64,000 nt of DNA from an uncultured Acidobacteriota bacterium (GCA_903832055.1 CAILAC010000012.1:84991-148990); one strand, 5' to 3'; positions 34,018 to 44,246 are shown, counted from the first letter of the stretch. Notes: generated from the sequence alone by a model not told the origin. Made by a program: numbers and translations.

Positions 34018-34432
34018 AAAGACGCCTCGGAGACTCGGTCGGGGATTCAAATCCAAGCTTTCAATCGTTTGTGTTCCTATTGTGGAGGGGAATCCGCTTC
34101 AGCGAATGTGACGACCATCACGCGAGATGGCGGTTCTGACATGGGACGCGATTGCACAGAGGGGCAATTGCCAAGCCCTTGTTCACGCTGCAAACGTAGG
34201 TTGCAAGGTCAGAAGTTGATGTTCAAAAGAGCTCTCACTTGCCCGCACGGGGCAGGATTCATAGAGGCACGGGAGCCTGAACCTCGATGGGCAGGCACCT
34301 GGTTCTCCCTGGGAATTGTCGGTTTTCGGCGCGCTATGCCGCAGCCAGTGTCGTTGAGCGGAACGAACCGGCGCATTTGATGGGTACGCGGCTGGTTTGT
34401 TGGATCGGGCCTGGCTCAAGCCATTGAGGGGC

Positions 34433-34762
34433 TTAATCCTTCATCTGTACCAGTAGCATGCGCACTGCGGTCTTTGCCGAGATTCCGTGCGACAGCATCG
34501 GTGGCATGTAGACAAAGGAGCCGGGTTGAGCTTCGACAATATCCGCCCCCAGCTGCACCTGGGCCAGCCCCTCGATAAAGTAGAGAACTGCCGGCGTAGG
34601 GGCCGAATGTGCTGACAGCTCCTCGCCGGCCGCGAAGCCAAACAGGGTAATGTTCACCTTCTGATCCTTGTGCAACACGCGGCTGAGAATGCCCTTCTCG
34701 GGAAGGGTGAACTCCTGTTGCAGATTTGCAAAATAGGCATAATCCATTTGCTTCTCTCTCAT
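34433..34762 (-). CDS. cupin domain protein
   Basis: Cupin_2-like pattern GEELSAHSAPTPAVLYFIEGLAQVQLG....PGSFVYMPPMLSHGI. ATG 34747 is an alternative start. Confidence 0.7.
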   Translation of the reverse strand: MREKQMDYAYFANLQQEFTLPEKGILSRVLHKDQKVNITLFGFAAGEELSAHSAPTPAVLYFIEGLAQVQLGADIVEAQPGSFVYMPPMLSHGISAKTAVRMLLVQMKD

Positions 34763-35185
34763 TCCATTGCACTTGCGGTTGGTCGAATTTCGTTGCTGCG
34801 GGCGGGGTTGGTGAGCAATCCTGGACTGAAAGCGCCAGAAATCCAGCGAATATCAGACCTCCGGATTGTTCAGAGATGCCAGATATGGCCAAAACACTCC
34901 AGGCGAACGATACCAGACCCTCATGCGCGAAGGCTCACATGAGAACCCGCAGCACAATCTGGATTCCCCGCAAGCGGTTATGCTTTCCAGCATCTGGACT
35001 GGCTCTGCGCCTGCTGCAAGCGTTGCAGTTTCCTGTCAGATTCCGTGTGCAGATTCAGACAGAGACTTCATTTCTTAAGGGGCGGCGACTCATGCCACAG
35101 CGGCCCGGCGAAAGGCTGCGAAGATGCATCTATCTCCACAGACCTGCTCAGCAGGGGCAGATGACATTTGCTTTGAATTGAGTAG

Positions 35186-35260
35186 TGGTGGCCAGAGACG
35201 GGATCGAACCGCCGACGCCGGCCTTTTCAGGGCCGCGCTCTACCACTGAGCTATCTGGCC
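35186..35260 (-). tRNA. tRNA-Phe (anticodon GAA), CCA encoded
   Basis: The reverse complement is GGCCAGATAGCTCAGTGGTAGAGCGCGGCCCTGAAAAGGCCGGCGTCGGCGGTTCGATCCCGTCTCTGGCCACCA. It folds as a cloverleaf: 7-bp acceptor stem, anticodon loop CUGAAAA, GGTTCGATCC T-arm. Confidence 0.95.
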
Positions 35261-35396
35261 TCAGTGAAATTGCAGGAACAAACGACTGGCGCTGGAATCG
35301 ACCGACGGGCGGGAATACTGCGCTTCTGCAACGACCTGCTTAGTATAGCAAGACGAGCCGCTGCCGCCAAACCGGAGAACTGCCGCGGTTCAGGCA

Positions 35397-36395
35397 ATGG
35401 TCGCATGTGTTCAGCGCGGTTGTGTTTTCATTGAGGGAATGCAGCGACAACCGACAATGAGGGGGTTCGCAGGCCGGGTGGCAGCTCCAGCTGCCGTGCT
35501 GGCGCTCAGCCTGCTCTGGGCGCTCAGCGGTGTGCGCGGCGAACTGCTGCCCGGCCCGACCCCTCTCTCGGTGGCGCAACTTGAGAGGCAGGCGCTGCCG
35601 CTTTTGCTGTTTGCCGCCATCGCTGCCCTGGCCGCCCTGCTCAGGCGGGAGCAATGGCCGCGCAGGCACCAGCTCTGGAATGCAATCACGCTTGGAGCAG
35701 GGCTCTTTCTGGTGCCGGCAATGCTCATCTACTTATCTGAGGCAACTGTTTCTGCTTACACGCGCACGGTGCTTTTGATCCTGGTTCCGGTCTTCGCCGT
35801 GGTCGTGAACCCCCATGCAGGAAGCTCACAGGCTGGCGAAGTTCGCTACGGGCTGGCTGCTTCTCTGGCGGCTGTGGTCGGCGCGCTTTGCGTCTTCCCG
35901 GTTCGCTTCCCCGGCTCGTTTCCAGAAATTGCAGGTTTCTGCGCGGTCATAGTTGCCGCAGCCTGTATTGCCGCCGCCAATTGCCGCGCCAACGCTTTGG
36001 CGCTGCCTGGCTCCGCCTCATGGGCAGCCACGGCAGCCGTTGCCGCCGCAACCGCTGCATCGGGGCTGTTGGCCGCGAGCGCCTGCCTTGAGAAAACCCT
36101 CTGGCGCTGGAACCTTCCTGCCGGTGAATGGCTGTGGTCCGTCGCGCTGGAGTTGCCCGCGCTGCTGCTGTTGTTCTGGCTGCTTCGCCGTCTCCCCGCG
36201 CCTCGAATGGCGACGCGCTACAGCTTTGCGCCGCTGCTTGCCGTGCTCATCGGCATGGCCGCCCTGCGCCCGGCGCTTGATTCAATCCAGCCTCGCACCT
36301 GGCTGGGCCTCATCCTCATGGCCACCGCCGCATCCTGGCTGCTTCTTGCCCCTGAGAGCGAAGTCTGCTCGCCCTCTTCCGCACTCGGCTTGTAG
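35397..36395 (+). CDS. polytopic membrane protein (possibly DMT/EamA-like)
   Basis: About 10 hydrophobic segments and a very Ala/Leu-rich composition. The start is uncertain (ATG 35397, 35439 or 35457). No diagnostic motif was recognised. Confidence 0.5.
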   Translation: MVACVQRGCVFIEGMQRQPTMRGFAGRVAAPAAVLALSLLWALSGVRGELLPGPTPLSVAQLERQALPLLLFAAIAALAALLRREQWPRRHQLWNAITLGAGLFLVPAMLIYLSEATVSAYTRTVLLILVPVFAVVVNPHAGSSQAGEVRYGLAASLAAVVGALCVFPVRFPGSFPEIAGFCAVIVAAACIAAANCRANALALPGSASWAATAAVAAATAASGLLAASACLEKTLWRWNLPAGEWLWSVALELPALLLLFWLLRRLPAPRMATRYSFAPLLAVLIGMAALRPALDSIQPRTWLGLILMATAASWLLLAPESEVCSPSSALGL

Positions 36396-36476
36396 CTCAG
36401 TGAAACTCGAATCGCCGCCAAGCCAGCACTCTCCAGTACACTGAGTTTCAATTCACCTGTTCCCTGCGAGGTTTCA

Positions 36477-38030
36477 ATGCGTTTTCTTCCTGCCGCCCTG
36501 CTGATCGCACTTGTGCCGCTCTGCTCCTGCACCCGCAACAGCAACGATAGTCAGGGACAGGAAGCGAAGACGGAGCGCGCCTTTCAGCGTGCGCGGCAGC
36601 AGGGGTCTTTGGCGCTGCGTACGTTTCTTCTCAGCTTCCCCAAGGGTGCTGACCTGCACGTTCACCTCAGCGGGGCCGTCTACGCCGAAAACTGGATTCG
36701 CGCGGCCGCCGAGGATGGCCTCTGCGTGGACACCAAGGCGCTCAAATTTGCCAAGCCCACCGGCAAATCCTGCGCCAAAGACCAGATGGCCGTCACCGAC
36801 CTGCTGGCCCATACCGAGGGCCCCAACCAGGACATCTACGACAAGCTGATCAACGCCTTCTCGATGCGCAGCTACGTGCCCTACTCCGAGTGGAGCGGCC
36901 ACGACCAGTTCTTCTCTACCTTTGGCCACTTCAGCGGAACCGACAAACGACACACCGGCGAGTGGGTCGACGAGGTCATCTCCCGCGCCGCCCGGCAGAA
37001 CGAGCAGTACATCGAGCTGATGGAGACGCCGCCGTTTGGCCACGCCGCCACGATTGCCCACCAAATCGGCTGGGATGCGAACCTGCCCGAGTTTCGCCAG
37101 AAGCTGCTGGCCGCAGGCCTCGACCAGGAAGTGGACGCCGCCCGCGAGCACGTCGAGTCGGCCCTCACCCTACGCAACCAGATCGAACACTGCGGCACCG
37201 CGCAGGCCGCGCCCGCCTGCCAGGTCCAGGTGCGCTTCATCTATCAAATCCTGCGCGGCTTCCCCAAAGAGCAGGTCTTTGCCCAAACGCTGCTTGGCTT
37301 TGAAGCCATCAGCAAGCTGCCCGAATTTGTCGGCATCAACTTTGTGCAGCCGGAAGACGGCTACATCTCCATGCACGACTACACGCTCCAGATGCAGATG
37401 CTTGACTATCTGCACTCGGTCTACCCCAACGTGCATATTTCGCTGCATGCGGGCGAGCTTGCCCCCGGCCTGGTGCCGCCCGAGGGATTGCGCTTCCACA
37501 TTCGCCAGGCCGTCGAGCTGGGCCACGCCGAGCGCATTGGCCACGGCGTTGACGCGCTCTACGAAGACGATGCCCCCGGCCTGCTCCGGGAACTGGCTGC
37601 CAAGCATGTCATGATCGAGATCAACCTCACCTCGAATGACGGCATTCTGGGCATCAAGGCCGACGAGCACCCCCTGCCCTACTACCGCAAGGCCCATGTG
37701 CCGGTCGCGCTCTCCACCGATGACGAAGGCGTTTCCCGCATCGACCTGACCCATGAATACGTGCGCGCCGCCGAAGACTACAGCCTCAGCTACGTCGAAC
37801 TCAAGCAGATGGCCCGTACCGGCATGGAGCACAACTTCCTGCCCGGCAAAAGCCTCTGGGCCAAACCCGACGACTTCACCCAATTCAACTCAGCCTGCAC
37901 CGAACTCCAGTCCGAGGTCCACCTCACACCCACCTCCGCGACCTGCCTTGACTTCCTCAAAAACAACGAAAGGGCTGCCGCCCAACGGGAACAAGAGCGC
38001 CGCCTCCGCGAGTTTGAGGCTAAGTGGTGA
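36477..38030 (+). CDS. secreted adenosine/AMP deaminase-family lipoprotein (ADGF/CECR1-like)
   Basis: Lipobox LVPLCSC. Metal and catalytic motifs GADLHVHLSG, ISLHAGE, RIGHGVD, EINLTSN, ALSTDDEGV. Confidence 0.85.
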   Translation: MRFLPAALLIALVPLCSCTRNSNDSQGQEAKTERAFQRARQQGSLALRTFLLSFPKGADLHVHLSGAVYAENWIRAAAEDGLCVDTKALKFAKPTGKSCAKDQMAVTDLLAHTEGPNQDIYDKLINAFSMRSYVPYSEWSGHDQFFSTFGHFSGTDKRHTGEWVDEVISRAARQNEQYIELMETPPFGHAATIAHQIGWDANLPEFRQKLLAAGLDQEVDAAREHVESALTLRNQIEHCGTAQAAPACQVQVRFIYQILRGFPKEQVFAQTLLGFEAISKLPEFVGINFVQPEDGYISMHDYTLQMQMLDYLHSVYPNVHISLHAGELAPGLVPPEGLRFHIRQAVELGHAERIGHGVDALYEDDAPGLLRELAAKHVMIEINLTSNDGILGIKADEHPLPYYRKAHVPVALSTDDEGVSRIDLTHEYVRAAEDYSLSYVELKQMARTGMEHNFLPGKSLWAKPDDFTQFNSACTELQSEVHLTPTSATCLDFLKNNERAAAQREQERRLREFEAKW

Positions 38031-38232
38031 GGGGCAAAACTCTCGCCGAGCGATCATGAGACGAGCCATGAAGGGGTTGCGCGAAATGAGGATTCAGGAA
38101 TGACGGCCGGATTTAGCTCAACCTCATAGCCGCATTCCCTCATCTCGCCCGTTCAAAACCCACTCATCCCGCTGAATTACCCTTGAAGTGAAGCAAGCCA
38201 TTTGAAACCAAACCCTCGGAGCCCGCATCCCC

Positions 38233-39525
38233 GTGCGCATCATCCTCTCGAATATCGGCACCATGGGCGACATTAACCCTCTGATCGCCATTGCGCTTGA
38301 GTTGAAGCGGCGCGGGCACCAGCCGGTGATGGCGGTGCCGCCGGTGTATGGGCCGCGGATTGTGCCGCTGGGCCTCGAGTTTCACCCGGTGCGGCCGGAT
38401 ATTGACCCAGGGAACACCGCTCTTGCCGCCATGATTTATGACGTGCGCAAGGGCACCGAGCGCGGCTTGCGGGAGTTTCTTTTCCCTGCGCTGCGGCAGA
38501 CCTACGACGATCTGTTGGCGGCTGCAACGCTGCCCCAGCGCGCCGATCTGCTGCTGCTGGGTGAGTTGAACTACGCCGGGCCGGTGGTCGCCGAAGTCAC
38601 AGGGATTCCCTGGGCGAGCTACGTGCTGGCACCGCTGAGCTTTTTTTCGGCCTACGATCCGCCGGTGCTGCCGATGTATCCACGGCTCTCGCGGGCGGAC
38701 AAGACGGTGCCGGGGATGGGCCATGCGATCCGGCGGCTGGTCAAGCTGATGAGCCGCAAGTGGCCGCAGCCGGTCTACGACCTGCGTCAGGCACTGGGCC
38801 TGCCGCGCGGGGCGAATCCACTGTTTGATGCCAAACATTCGCCAGACCTGGTGCTGGCGCTATTCTCGCGCGTACTCGGCCGGGAGCAGCCGGACTGGCC
38901 AGAACACGTGGCCATCACCGGATTCTGTTTCTACGATGCGGATGCCGGAAATGCCAAACTCCCGCTGCATCTAGAGGAGTTTCTCGCCGCCGGGCAGGCG
39001 CCGCTGGTATTTACCCTGGGTTCGGCTGCGGTCATGGCCGCTGGTCACTTCTACGAATACGGAGCGCGTGCGGCGGAGCGACTGGGGCAGCGGGCGGTGC
39101 TGCTGATTGGGCCAGATGCCCGCAACCGGCCCAAACATCCGCTGCCGCCGTCGATCTGCGTTGCAGAATACGCGCCCTATTCAGCGCTGTTTTCGCGCGC
39201 TTCGGTCATCATTCATCAGGGCGGGGTGGGCACCACGGCCCAGTGCCTGCGCGCCGGCAAGCCCATGCTCATCATGCCCTACAGCCACGATCAGCCCGAC
39301 AATGCGCGCCGGATGCGGCGGCTCAAGGTGGCCAGGGTCATCCAGAAGCAGCACTTTACGCCGATTCGTGTTGCGCGCAAGCTGCGAATTCTGCTGGACG
39401 AGCCAATCTATGCCCACAGGGCACAGCACATCGCAGAGCGGCTGCACAGCGAAGACGGCGTCGCACATGCCTGCAACGCGCTTGAGGGATTGGTTTTAGC
39501 GAAGAAGGATGAAGCACGAAGCTAA
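38233..39525 (+). CDS. glycosyltransferase family 1 (MGT / UDP-glycosyltransferase-like, GT-B fold)
   Basis: GTG 38233. N-terminal NIGTMGDINPLIAIALELKRRGH. C-terminal nucleotide-sugar motif VIIHQGGVGTTAQCLRAGKPMLIMPYSHDQPDNA. Confidence 0.85.
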   Translation: MRIILSNIGTMGDINPLIAIALELKRRGHQPVMAVPPVYGPRIVPLGLEFHPVRPDIDPGNTALAAMIYDVRKGTERGLREFLFPALRQTYDDLLAAATLPQRADLLLLGELNYAGPVVAEVTGIPWASYVLAPLSFFSAYDPPVLPMYPRLSRADKTVPGMGHAIRRLVKLMSRKWPQPVYDLRQALGLPRGANPLFDAKHSPDLVLALFSRVLGREQPDWPEHVAITGFCFYDADAGNAKLPLHLEEFLAAGQAPLVFTLGSAAVMAAGHFYEYGARAAERLGQRAVLLIGPDARNRPKHPLPPSICVAEYAPYSALFSRASVIIHQGGVGTTAQCLRAGKPMLIMPYSHDQPDNARRMRRLKVARVIQKQHFTPIRVARKLRILLDEPIYAHRAQHIAERLHSEDGVAHACNALEGLVLAKKDEARS

Positions 39526-39579
39526 TATAAATTTCGGAGTTTTCAGAGCTTTTCCGGATGAGAAGGCATTCACTCGCAG

Positions 39580-39611
39580 CACTAGGGCGAGGTTCGCACC
39601 TCGCCCTAGTG
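39580..39611. repeat. perfect 14-bp inverted repeat with a 4-nt loop, between the GT gene and cspA (convergent)
   Basis: Sequence CACTAGGGCGAGGTtcgcACCTCGCCCTAGTG. No U-tract follows it on either strand, so it is not a canonical intrinsic terminator. Confidence 0.8.
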
Positions 39612-39659
39612 ATTAAAAATCGGATTCTGCCAGAATCCCTCGGAGTCCGTTATCGGGAA

Positions 39660-39860
39660 TTAGAGAGGCTGTACGTCAGCCGCCTGCCAGCCCTTGGGAC
39701 CCTTCACTACGTTGAACTGAACGGCCTGACCTTCTTGCAAGCTCTTGAAGCCGTTCGAGTTAATAGCGGAGTAGTGAACGAACACATCTTCGCCGTTCTG
39801 ACGCGAGATGAAGCCGAAGCCCTTCGCGTCGTTAAACCATTTCACAGTGCCTTGTTCCAT
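39660..39860 (-). CDS. cspA: cold-shock protein (CspA family)
   Basis: RNP1/RNP2 motifs KGFGFI and VFVHY. Begins [33 protein letters not shown]. Confidence 0.95.
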   Translation of the reverse strand: MEQGTVKWFNDAKGFGFISRQNGEDVFVHYSAINSNGFKSLQEGQAVQFNVVKGPKGWQAADVQPL

Positions 39861-40091
39861 TTTGAGTCGTATTTCCTAAACTTTGAATTGCGCTTGAGTG
39901 AAACGGAGCGACCACTGGCAGATCTTGCTTGGTTGGGCGAGTACTGCTCACGCCCGGTTCGGTTCTAACGCTGTGTTCATCTTACCATTGTTCTGGAAAT
40001 CTGGGTACGTAAATATGCAAGTCCCACATCCAGAGCGATTTTGACCTGTTTTAGCGAGTCCATCATCTCTTCACTGGGGTAATCTTTCGCC

Positions 40092-41498
40092 ATGGCTTCC
40101 CCCACCCGTCCTGTCCCGTTTCCTGACCCGTTTCAAAACCCGTTTCGCAACCTGCTGGAAGGTCCCCTGGCCACCCTCGCCGCCGCCTTTGCCGATCTTC
40201 CCCCCTGCAATCAGCCCTCGGATGACGCGGAGAGGCGCACCGCCATGGCCGCAGTGCTTGAAGATGTGGCGGTACGGATGGGCGACAACTACCCCTACTT
40301 CCATCCTCTCTATGCCGGGCAGATGATTAAACCCCCGCATCCAGTTGCACGCGCCGCCTACGCGCTGGCCATGACGATCAATCCAAACAACCACGCGCGC
40401 GACGGCGGACGCGCCAGTTCAACGATGGAGGTGGAGGCGGTCGCCGCGATTGCGCGCATCTTCGGTTGGAACACCCATCTCGGCCACCTCACCTCGGGCG
40501 GCACCTTTGCCAATCTTGAGGCGCTCTGGGTGGCCGGCCAGCTTGCCCCGGCAAAACGCATCGTGGCGTCAGAGCAGGCGCACTACACCCACAAGCGCAT
40601 CAGCGCCGTGCTGCAGTTGCAGTTCAGCTCTGTGGCTTCAGACGCGGCCGGGCGCATGGATCTGAACGCCCTCGAAGACGAGCTGCGATGCGGCGATGTG
40701 GGCACAGTGGTCGTCACCATGGGCACCACGGCGCTTGGCTCCGTTGACCCCCTGCCGGAAATCCTCGCGCTGCGCGACCGCTATGGCTTCAGGATTCACC
40801 TGGACGCGGCCTACGGCGGCTATTTCAGGTTGATTGCCGGGCAATTGGATACCGCGGCGCATGCGGCCTATTCACTGATGGAGCAAGCCGACTCAATCGT
40901 GATTGACCCGCACAAGCATGGGTTGCAGCCGTACGGTTGCGGCTGCGTGCTGTTTCGTGACCCGGCCGTGGGGCGCTTCTACAAGCACGATTCACCGTAT
41001 ACCTACTTCACCTCAAATGAATTGCATCTGGGCGAGATCAGCCTGGAGTGTTCGCGCGCCGGAGCGTCGGCCGTGGCGCTGTGGGCTACGCAGCGGTTGC
41101 TGCCCCTCACCGCTGACGGGGAATTTGCCCGCGATCTGATGGCCAGTCGTCGTGCCGCCCTTGAACTGCATCGCCGGATCCGCCAGGATGCTCGATTTGA
41201 GTCTTTCCCATCGGGACCAGAACTCGATATTGTTGTGTGGCGGGTCAGGGGAAGTTCAACGGCGCAAATGTCGGATCGCGCGCAGAGGATTTTTGATGAA
41301 TGTGCCGCATTCAATTTGCACCTTGCGCTAGTACAATTGCCCGGAGCGATGTTTGGCAGTCACGACGCAATTGCTTCCCCAACCTTGGTGACCTGTTTAC
41401 GCTCAGTGCTGATGAAGCCGGAACATGAAAACTGGCTGGGGGAAATCTGGGAGCGGCTTAGCTCAGCTGCAGACCGGGTACTTGATTTGGAACAATGA
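40092..41498 (+). CDS. PLP-dependent group II decarboxylase family protein
   Basis: Motifs HLTSGGTFANLEAL, HLDAAYGG, and PLP-Lys in SIVIDPHKHGLQPYGCGCVLFRD. Confidence 0.8.
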   Translation: MASPTRPVPFPDPFQNPFRNLLEGPLATLAAAFADLPPCNQPSDDAERRTAMAAVLEDVAVRMGDNYPYFHPLYAGQMIKPPHPVARAAYALAMTINPNNHARDGGRASSTMEVEAVAAIARIFGWNTHLGHLTSGGTFANLEALWVAGQLAPAKRIVASEQAHYTHKRISAVLQLQFSSVASDAAGRMDLNALEDELRCGDVGTVVVTMGTTALGSVDPLPEILALRDRYGFRIHLDAAYGGYFRLIAGQLDTAAHAAYSLMEQADSIVIDPHKHGLQPYGCGCVLFRDPAVGRFYKHDSPYTYFTSNELHLGEISLECSRAGASAVALWATQRLLPLTADGEFARDLMASRRAALELHRRIRQDARFESFPSGPELDIVVWRVRGSSTAQMSDRAQRIFDECAAFNLHLALVQLPGAMFGSHDAIASPTLVTCLRSVLMKPEHENWLGEIWERLSSAADRVLDLEQ

Positions 41499-41605
41499 GG
41501 TTGCTTTTCAGCAAACCTCCTGGCACAACGGCCAAGGCTCAAGAGAGGCCGGTTCAGCGCAGATCCTGCAATTCAACGTCAGTCTGTAAGCATTTGAGGG
41601 TGAAA

Positions 41606-42550
41606 ATGGCAGGAAAAGAAGAAAACGTTGTCATCAGCGCAGGAGATTGCACCCTCACTCTCATCCCGGCTCTGGGAGGAAAAATCAGCTCCCTGCGCAT
41701 CCTTTCTCATGAGTTGCTGCAGTCTCCCCTTCATCCATTCGCGCCCAGAACACACACCATGGGCTTTGCTGAAGGCGACGCCAGCGGATGGGATGAATGC
41801 CTGCCATCGGTCTCTGAGTGCACCGTAGCGACTGAAGCGGGAAAGGCTTTCATCCCCGATCACGGCGACCTGTGGCGCATTCCCTGGCAGGTTTTGGATT
41901 CCAGCCCCGACTCCGCTACGCTGCGCGTCTCCTGCTTCTCGTTGCCACTGCAACTGACCCGCTCGGTCATCCTCTCTGAGACGCAAACCGGCTGGCGCCT
42001 GCAGCTGCTCTATTCGCTCACCAACATGGGCGCAACAAGCGTCCCTTGGGCATGGACCGCGCATCCCCTCTTCGTTTCAGAACCCGGTGATCGCATCGTG
42101 CTGCCGGGCGAAGTACAAGCCCTGCGTCTTGAAGGCTCGGGAGGCAACCGGCTCGGCTGCAACGGAGATGAAGTCTCCTGGCCCATCGCAACGCTTGCCG
42201 ATGGATCGGCTTTCGACCTGAGTCTGGCTCGCTCCGCCGACACCGGCTTCGGCGACAAGCTCTTCACCGGAGTCATGCAAGATGGCTGGTGCGCCCTTGA
42301 GCGGCCTTCCATCGGGTTGCGCCTGAGCGTTCACTTTGACCCCAGACTCACCCCGTATATTGGGTTATGGCTCTGCTACGGCGGCTGGCCTGAAGAACCC
42401 GGCCTCAAGCAGGTCTGCGTTGCTCTCGAGCCCTCCACTTCCCCCGTTGACTCACTCGCTGAGTCCGGTTCGTGGTCGCGCACCCTGGCTCCCGGTGAAA
42501 CAGTCAACTGGCCTATGACTCTCGGTATCGAACCCATTCAGCCTGGCTAA
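41606..42550 (+). CDS. aldose-1-epimerase (galactose mutarotase)-like fold protein
   Basis: ATG 41606 follows gagggtgaaa. All-beta composition with LIPALGGKISSL, HGDLWRIPW, WTAHPLF and ALEPST segments typical of mutarotase-like proteins. It sits upstream of galK. Confidence 0.65.
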   Translation: MAGKEENVVISAGDCTLTLIPALGGKISSLRILSHELLQSPLHPFAPRTHTMGFAEGDASGWDECLPSVSECTVATEAGKAFIPDHGDLWRIPWQVLDSSPDSATLRVSCFSLPLQLTRSVILSETQTGWRLQLLYSLTNMGATSVPWAWTAHPLFVSEPGDRIVLPGEVQALRLEGSGGNRLGCNGDEVSWPIATLADGSAFDLSLARSADTGFGDKLFTGVMQDGWCALERPSIGLRLSVHFDPRLTPYIGLWLCYGGWPEEPGLKQVCVALEPSTSPVDSLAESGSWSRTLAPGETVNWPMTLGIEPIQPG

Positions 42551-42644
42551 CCACTGTCTGCAGCAACGAAAGCGATCCACCGCGCCATCTCGCGCACTGA
42601 ACTGATTCATTTTGATGCTTTTTCATCATTGAGGTAGATATCCA

Positions 42645-43799
42645 ATGAAAGACCCCGCCGCCCTTCGCGTCCTCCATGAGAATCGCTACCACGCGACCCC
42701 CCACATTTTTGTCGCACCCGGACGTGTCAATCTGATCGGTGAACACACCGACTACGCTGAAGGGTTTGTCATGCCCGCTGCGATTGATTTCGCTACTCTC
42801 GCCGCGATCTCGCCGCGCAACGATGGAAAGGTTGTCATCTACGCTGAGAACTTCGGCGAAGAGCGCTCCTACGAGGCCAATGCGCTGCCCTCTCAGCCCT
42901 CCGGCGAATGGTCTGACTATCCACTCGGCGTGCTCGCCATTCTGGCCGGCGAAGGATACACAATTCCAGCGATGAGCCTCAGCCTTTGGGGCGACGTGCC
43001 GCTCGGCTCAGGCCTCAGCAGTTCTGCAGCAGTTGAAGTTGCCACCGCGGTTGCCGTCACCGGCATGATGGGCGTCAGCATCCCTGGGCCAAAGCTGGCC
43101 CGGCTCTGCCAGCGGTCTGAAAACGAGTTTGTCGGCGCCAACTGCGGCATCATGGACCAGTTCATCTCTGCCAACGGAGCAAAGGACCACGCGCTGTTGC
43201 TCGATTGCCGCGACCTCAGCTACCGACTTGCGCCCATTCCAGCCGACGTCGCGCTGGTCATCGCCAACACCATGGTCAAGCACTCGGTCGCCGGCGCCGG
43301 CTACACCACCCGCCGCGCTGAGGTAGAAGAGGCCTGCGCAGTCCTTGCCTCGCACCGGCCTGAAATCAAATTCCTGCGCGATGCCACTGTTGCCGACCTC
43401 GAAGCCTGGGGCCATGAAATCTCTCTCAATGCCCTGAAGCGCGCGCGCCATGTCATCACCGAAAACAACCGGACAGAGGCCGCCGCCGAGGCCCTCCTCG
43501 CCAACGACATGCCCACCCTCGGCCGCCTGATGCATGAGGCCCACGTCAGCTACAGCAAAGACTTTGAAGGCAGCTGCGTCGAGGCCGATACCATGGTCGA
43601 TCTCGCCCAGGACCTGCCCGGCCTGATCGGCGCTCGCCTCACCGGCGGCGGTTTTGGCGGCTGCACCATCAACCTGGTCGAATCATCGCAGGCTCAGACC
43701 TTTGCGCTGGCGCTCAAAGAACGCTACCAGAAGGCAACCGGCATCACCCCAGAGATTCACATCTGCCATGCCTCAGCAGGGGCGCACGCAATTTCCTAG
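42645..43799 (+). CDS. galK: galactokinase
   Basis: Galactokinase signature GRVNLIGEHTDY. GHMP motif PLGSGLSSSAA. TGGGFGGC near the C-terminus. Confidence 0.93.
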   Translation: MKDPAALRVLHENRYHATPHIFVAPGRVNLIGEHTDYAEGFVMPAAIDFATLAAISPRNDGKVVIYAENFGEERSYEANALPSQPSGEWSDYPLGVLAILAGEGYTIPAMSLSLWGDVPLGSGLSSSAAVEVATAVAVTGMMGVSIPGPKLARLCQRSENEFVGANCGIMDQFISANGAKDHALLLDCRDLSYRLAPIPADVALVIANTMVKHSVAGAGYTTRRAEVEEACAVLASHRPEIKFLRDATVADLEAWGHEISLNALKRARHVITENNRTEAAAEALLANDMPTLGRLMHEAHVSYSKDFEGSCVEADTMVDLAQDLPGLIGARLTGGGFGGCTINLVESSQAQTFALALKERYQKATGITPEIHICHASAGAHAIS

Positions 43800-44246
43800 C
43801 ACTCGCCCGCCGAGGGCGCTTTGATGAAATTTACAAATATTCCAGTTTGACTTCATCTCATCGAAGCGAATTTCAGGGCAGTTTCGCCGACTTTGAGCCG
43901 TTGTTCTCTCGACTCGGATTTCCTCTGCCAATCGAGGTCAATCGCTGTATCAGGGCACACCAAAGAGGTGGGCCCGCATGCACGATTGTGGGATAGGCCG
44001 TCGCTTCCCAAGCCGATAGCGTGAAGGCTGGCAAGATTTTGCTGTTCCGTGAATTGACGCCTTGGTACTATCAAGGGGCATCTCATGCTCTGAGTTTTTT
44101 GAAAACGTAAGTCATATCGGCCAGTCAGCCCGGCCACTTTGATTTGAGAAATATCGCCGACCATGCCTGGCTGATCTGCCTCAGGCGGCGCAGGGGCTCA
44201 CTCCCCTGAAGATCCCCCGATTTTTTGCACCGGAGATAACGACATC

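Noticed and set aside
34216-34226. An FNR/CRP-type box upstream of the cytochrome operon (TTGATGTTCAA)
   Set aside because: The half-site spacing is TTGA-N3-TCAA, not the TTGAT-N4-ATCAA geometry. It is only a generic small palindrome.
23593-35260. A genomic island integrated at tRNA-Phe and carrying the cytochrome operon
   Set aside because: No integrase or recombinase gene, no visible direct repeat of the tRNA 3' end, and no clear GC or codon break. It is kept only as a low-interest question, not a call.
43853-44164. A 103-aa minus-strand ORF in the galK-glgP spacer
   Set aside because: No RBS and no recognisable motif, with mixed composition. The region is more simply the promoter/leader of glgP. 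It is left unannotated.
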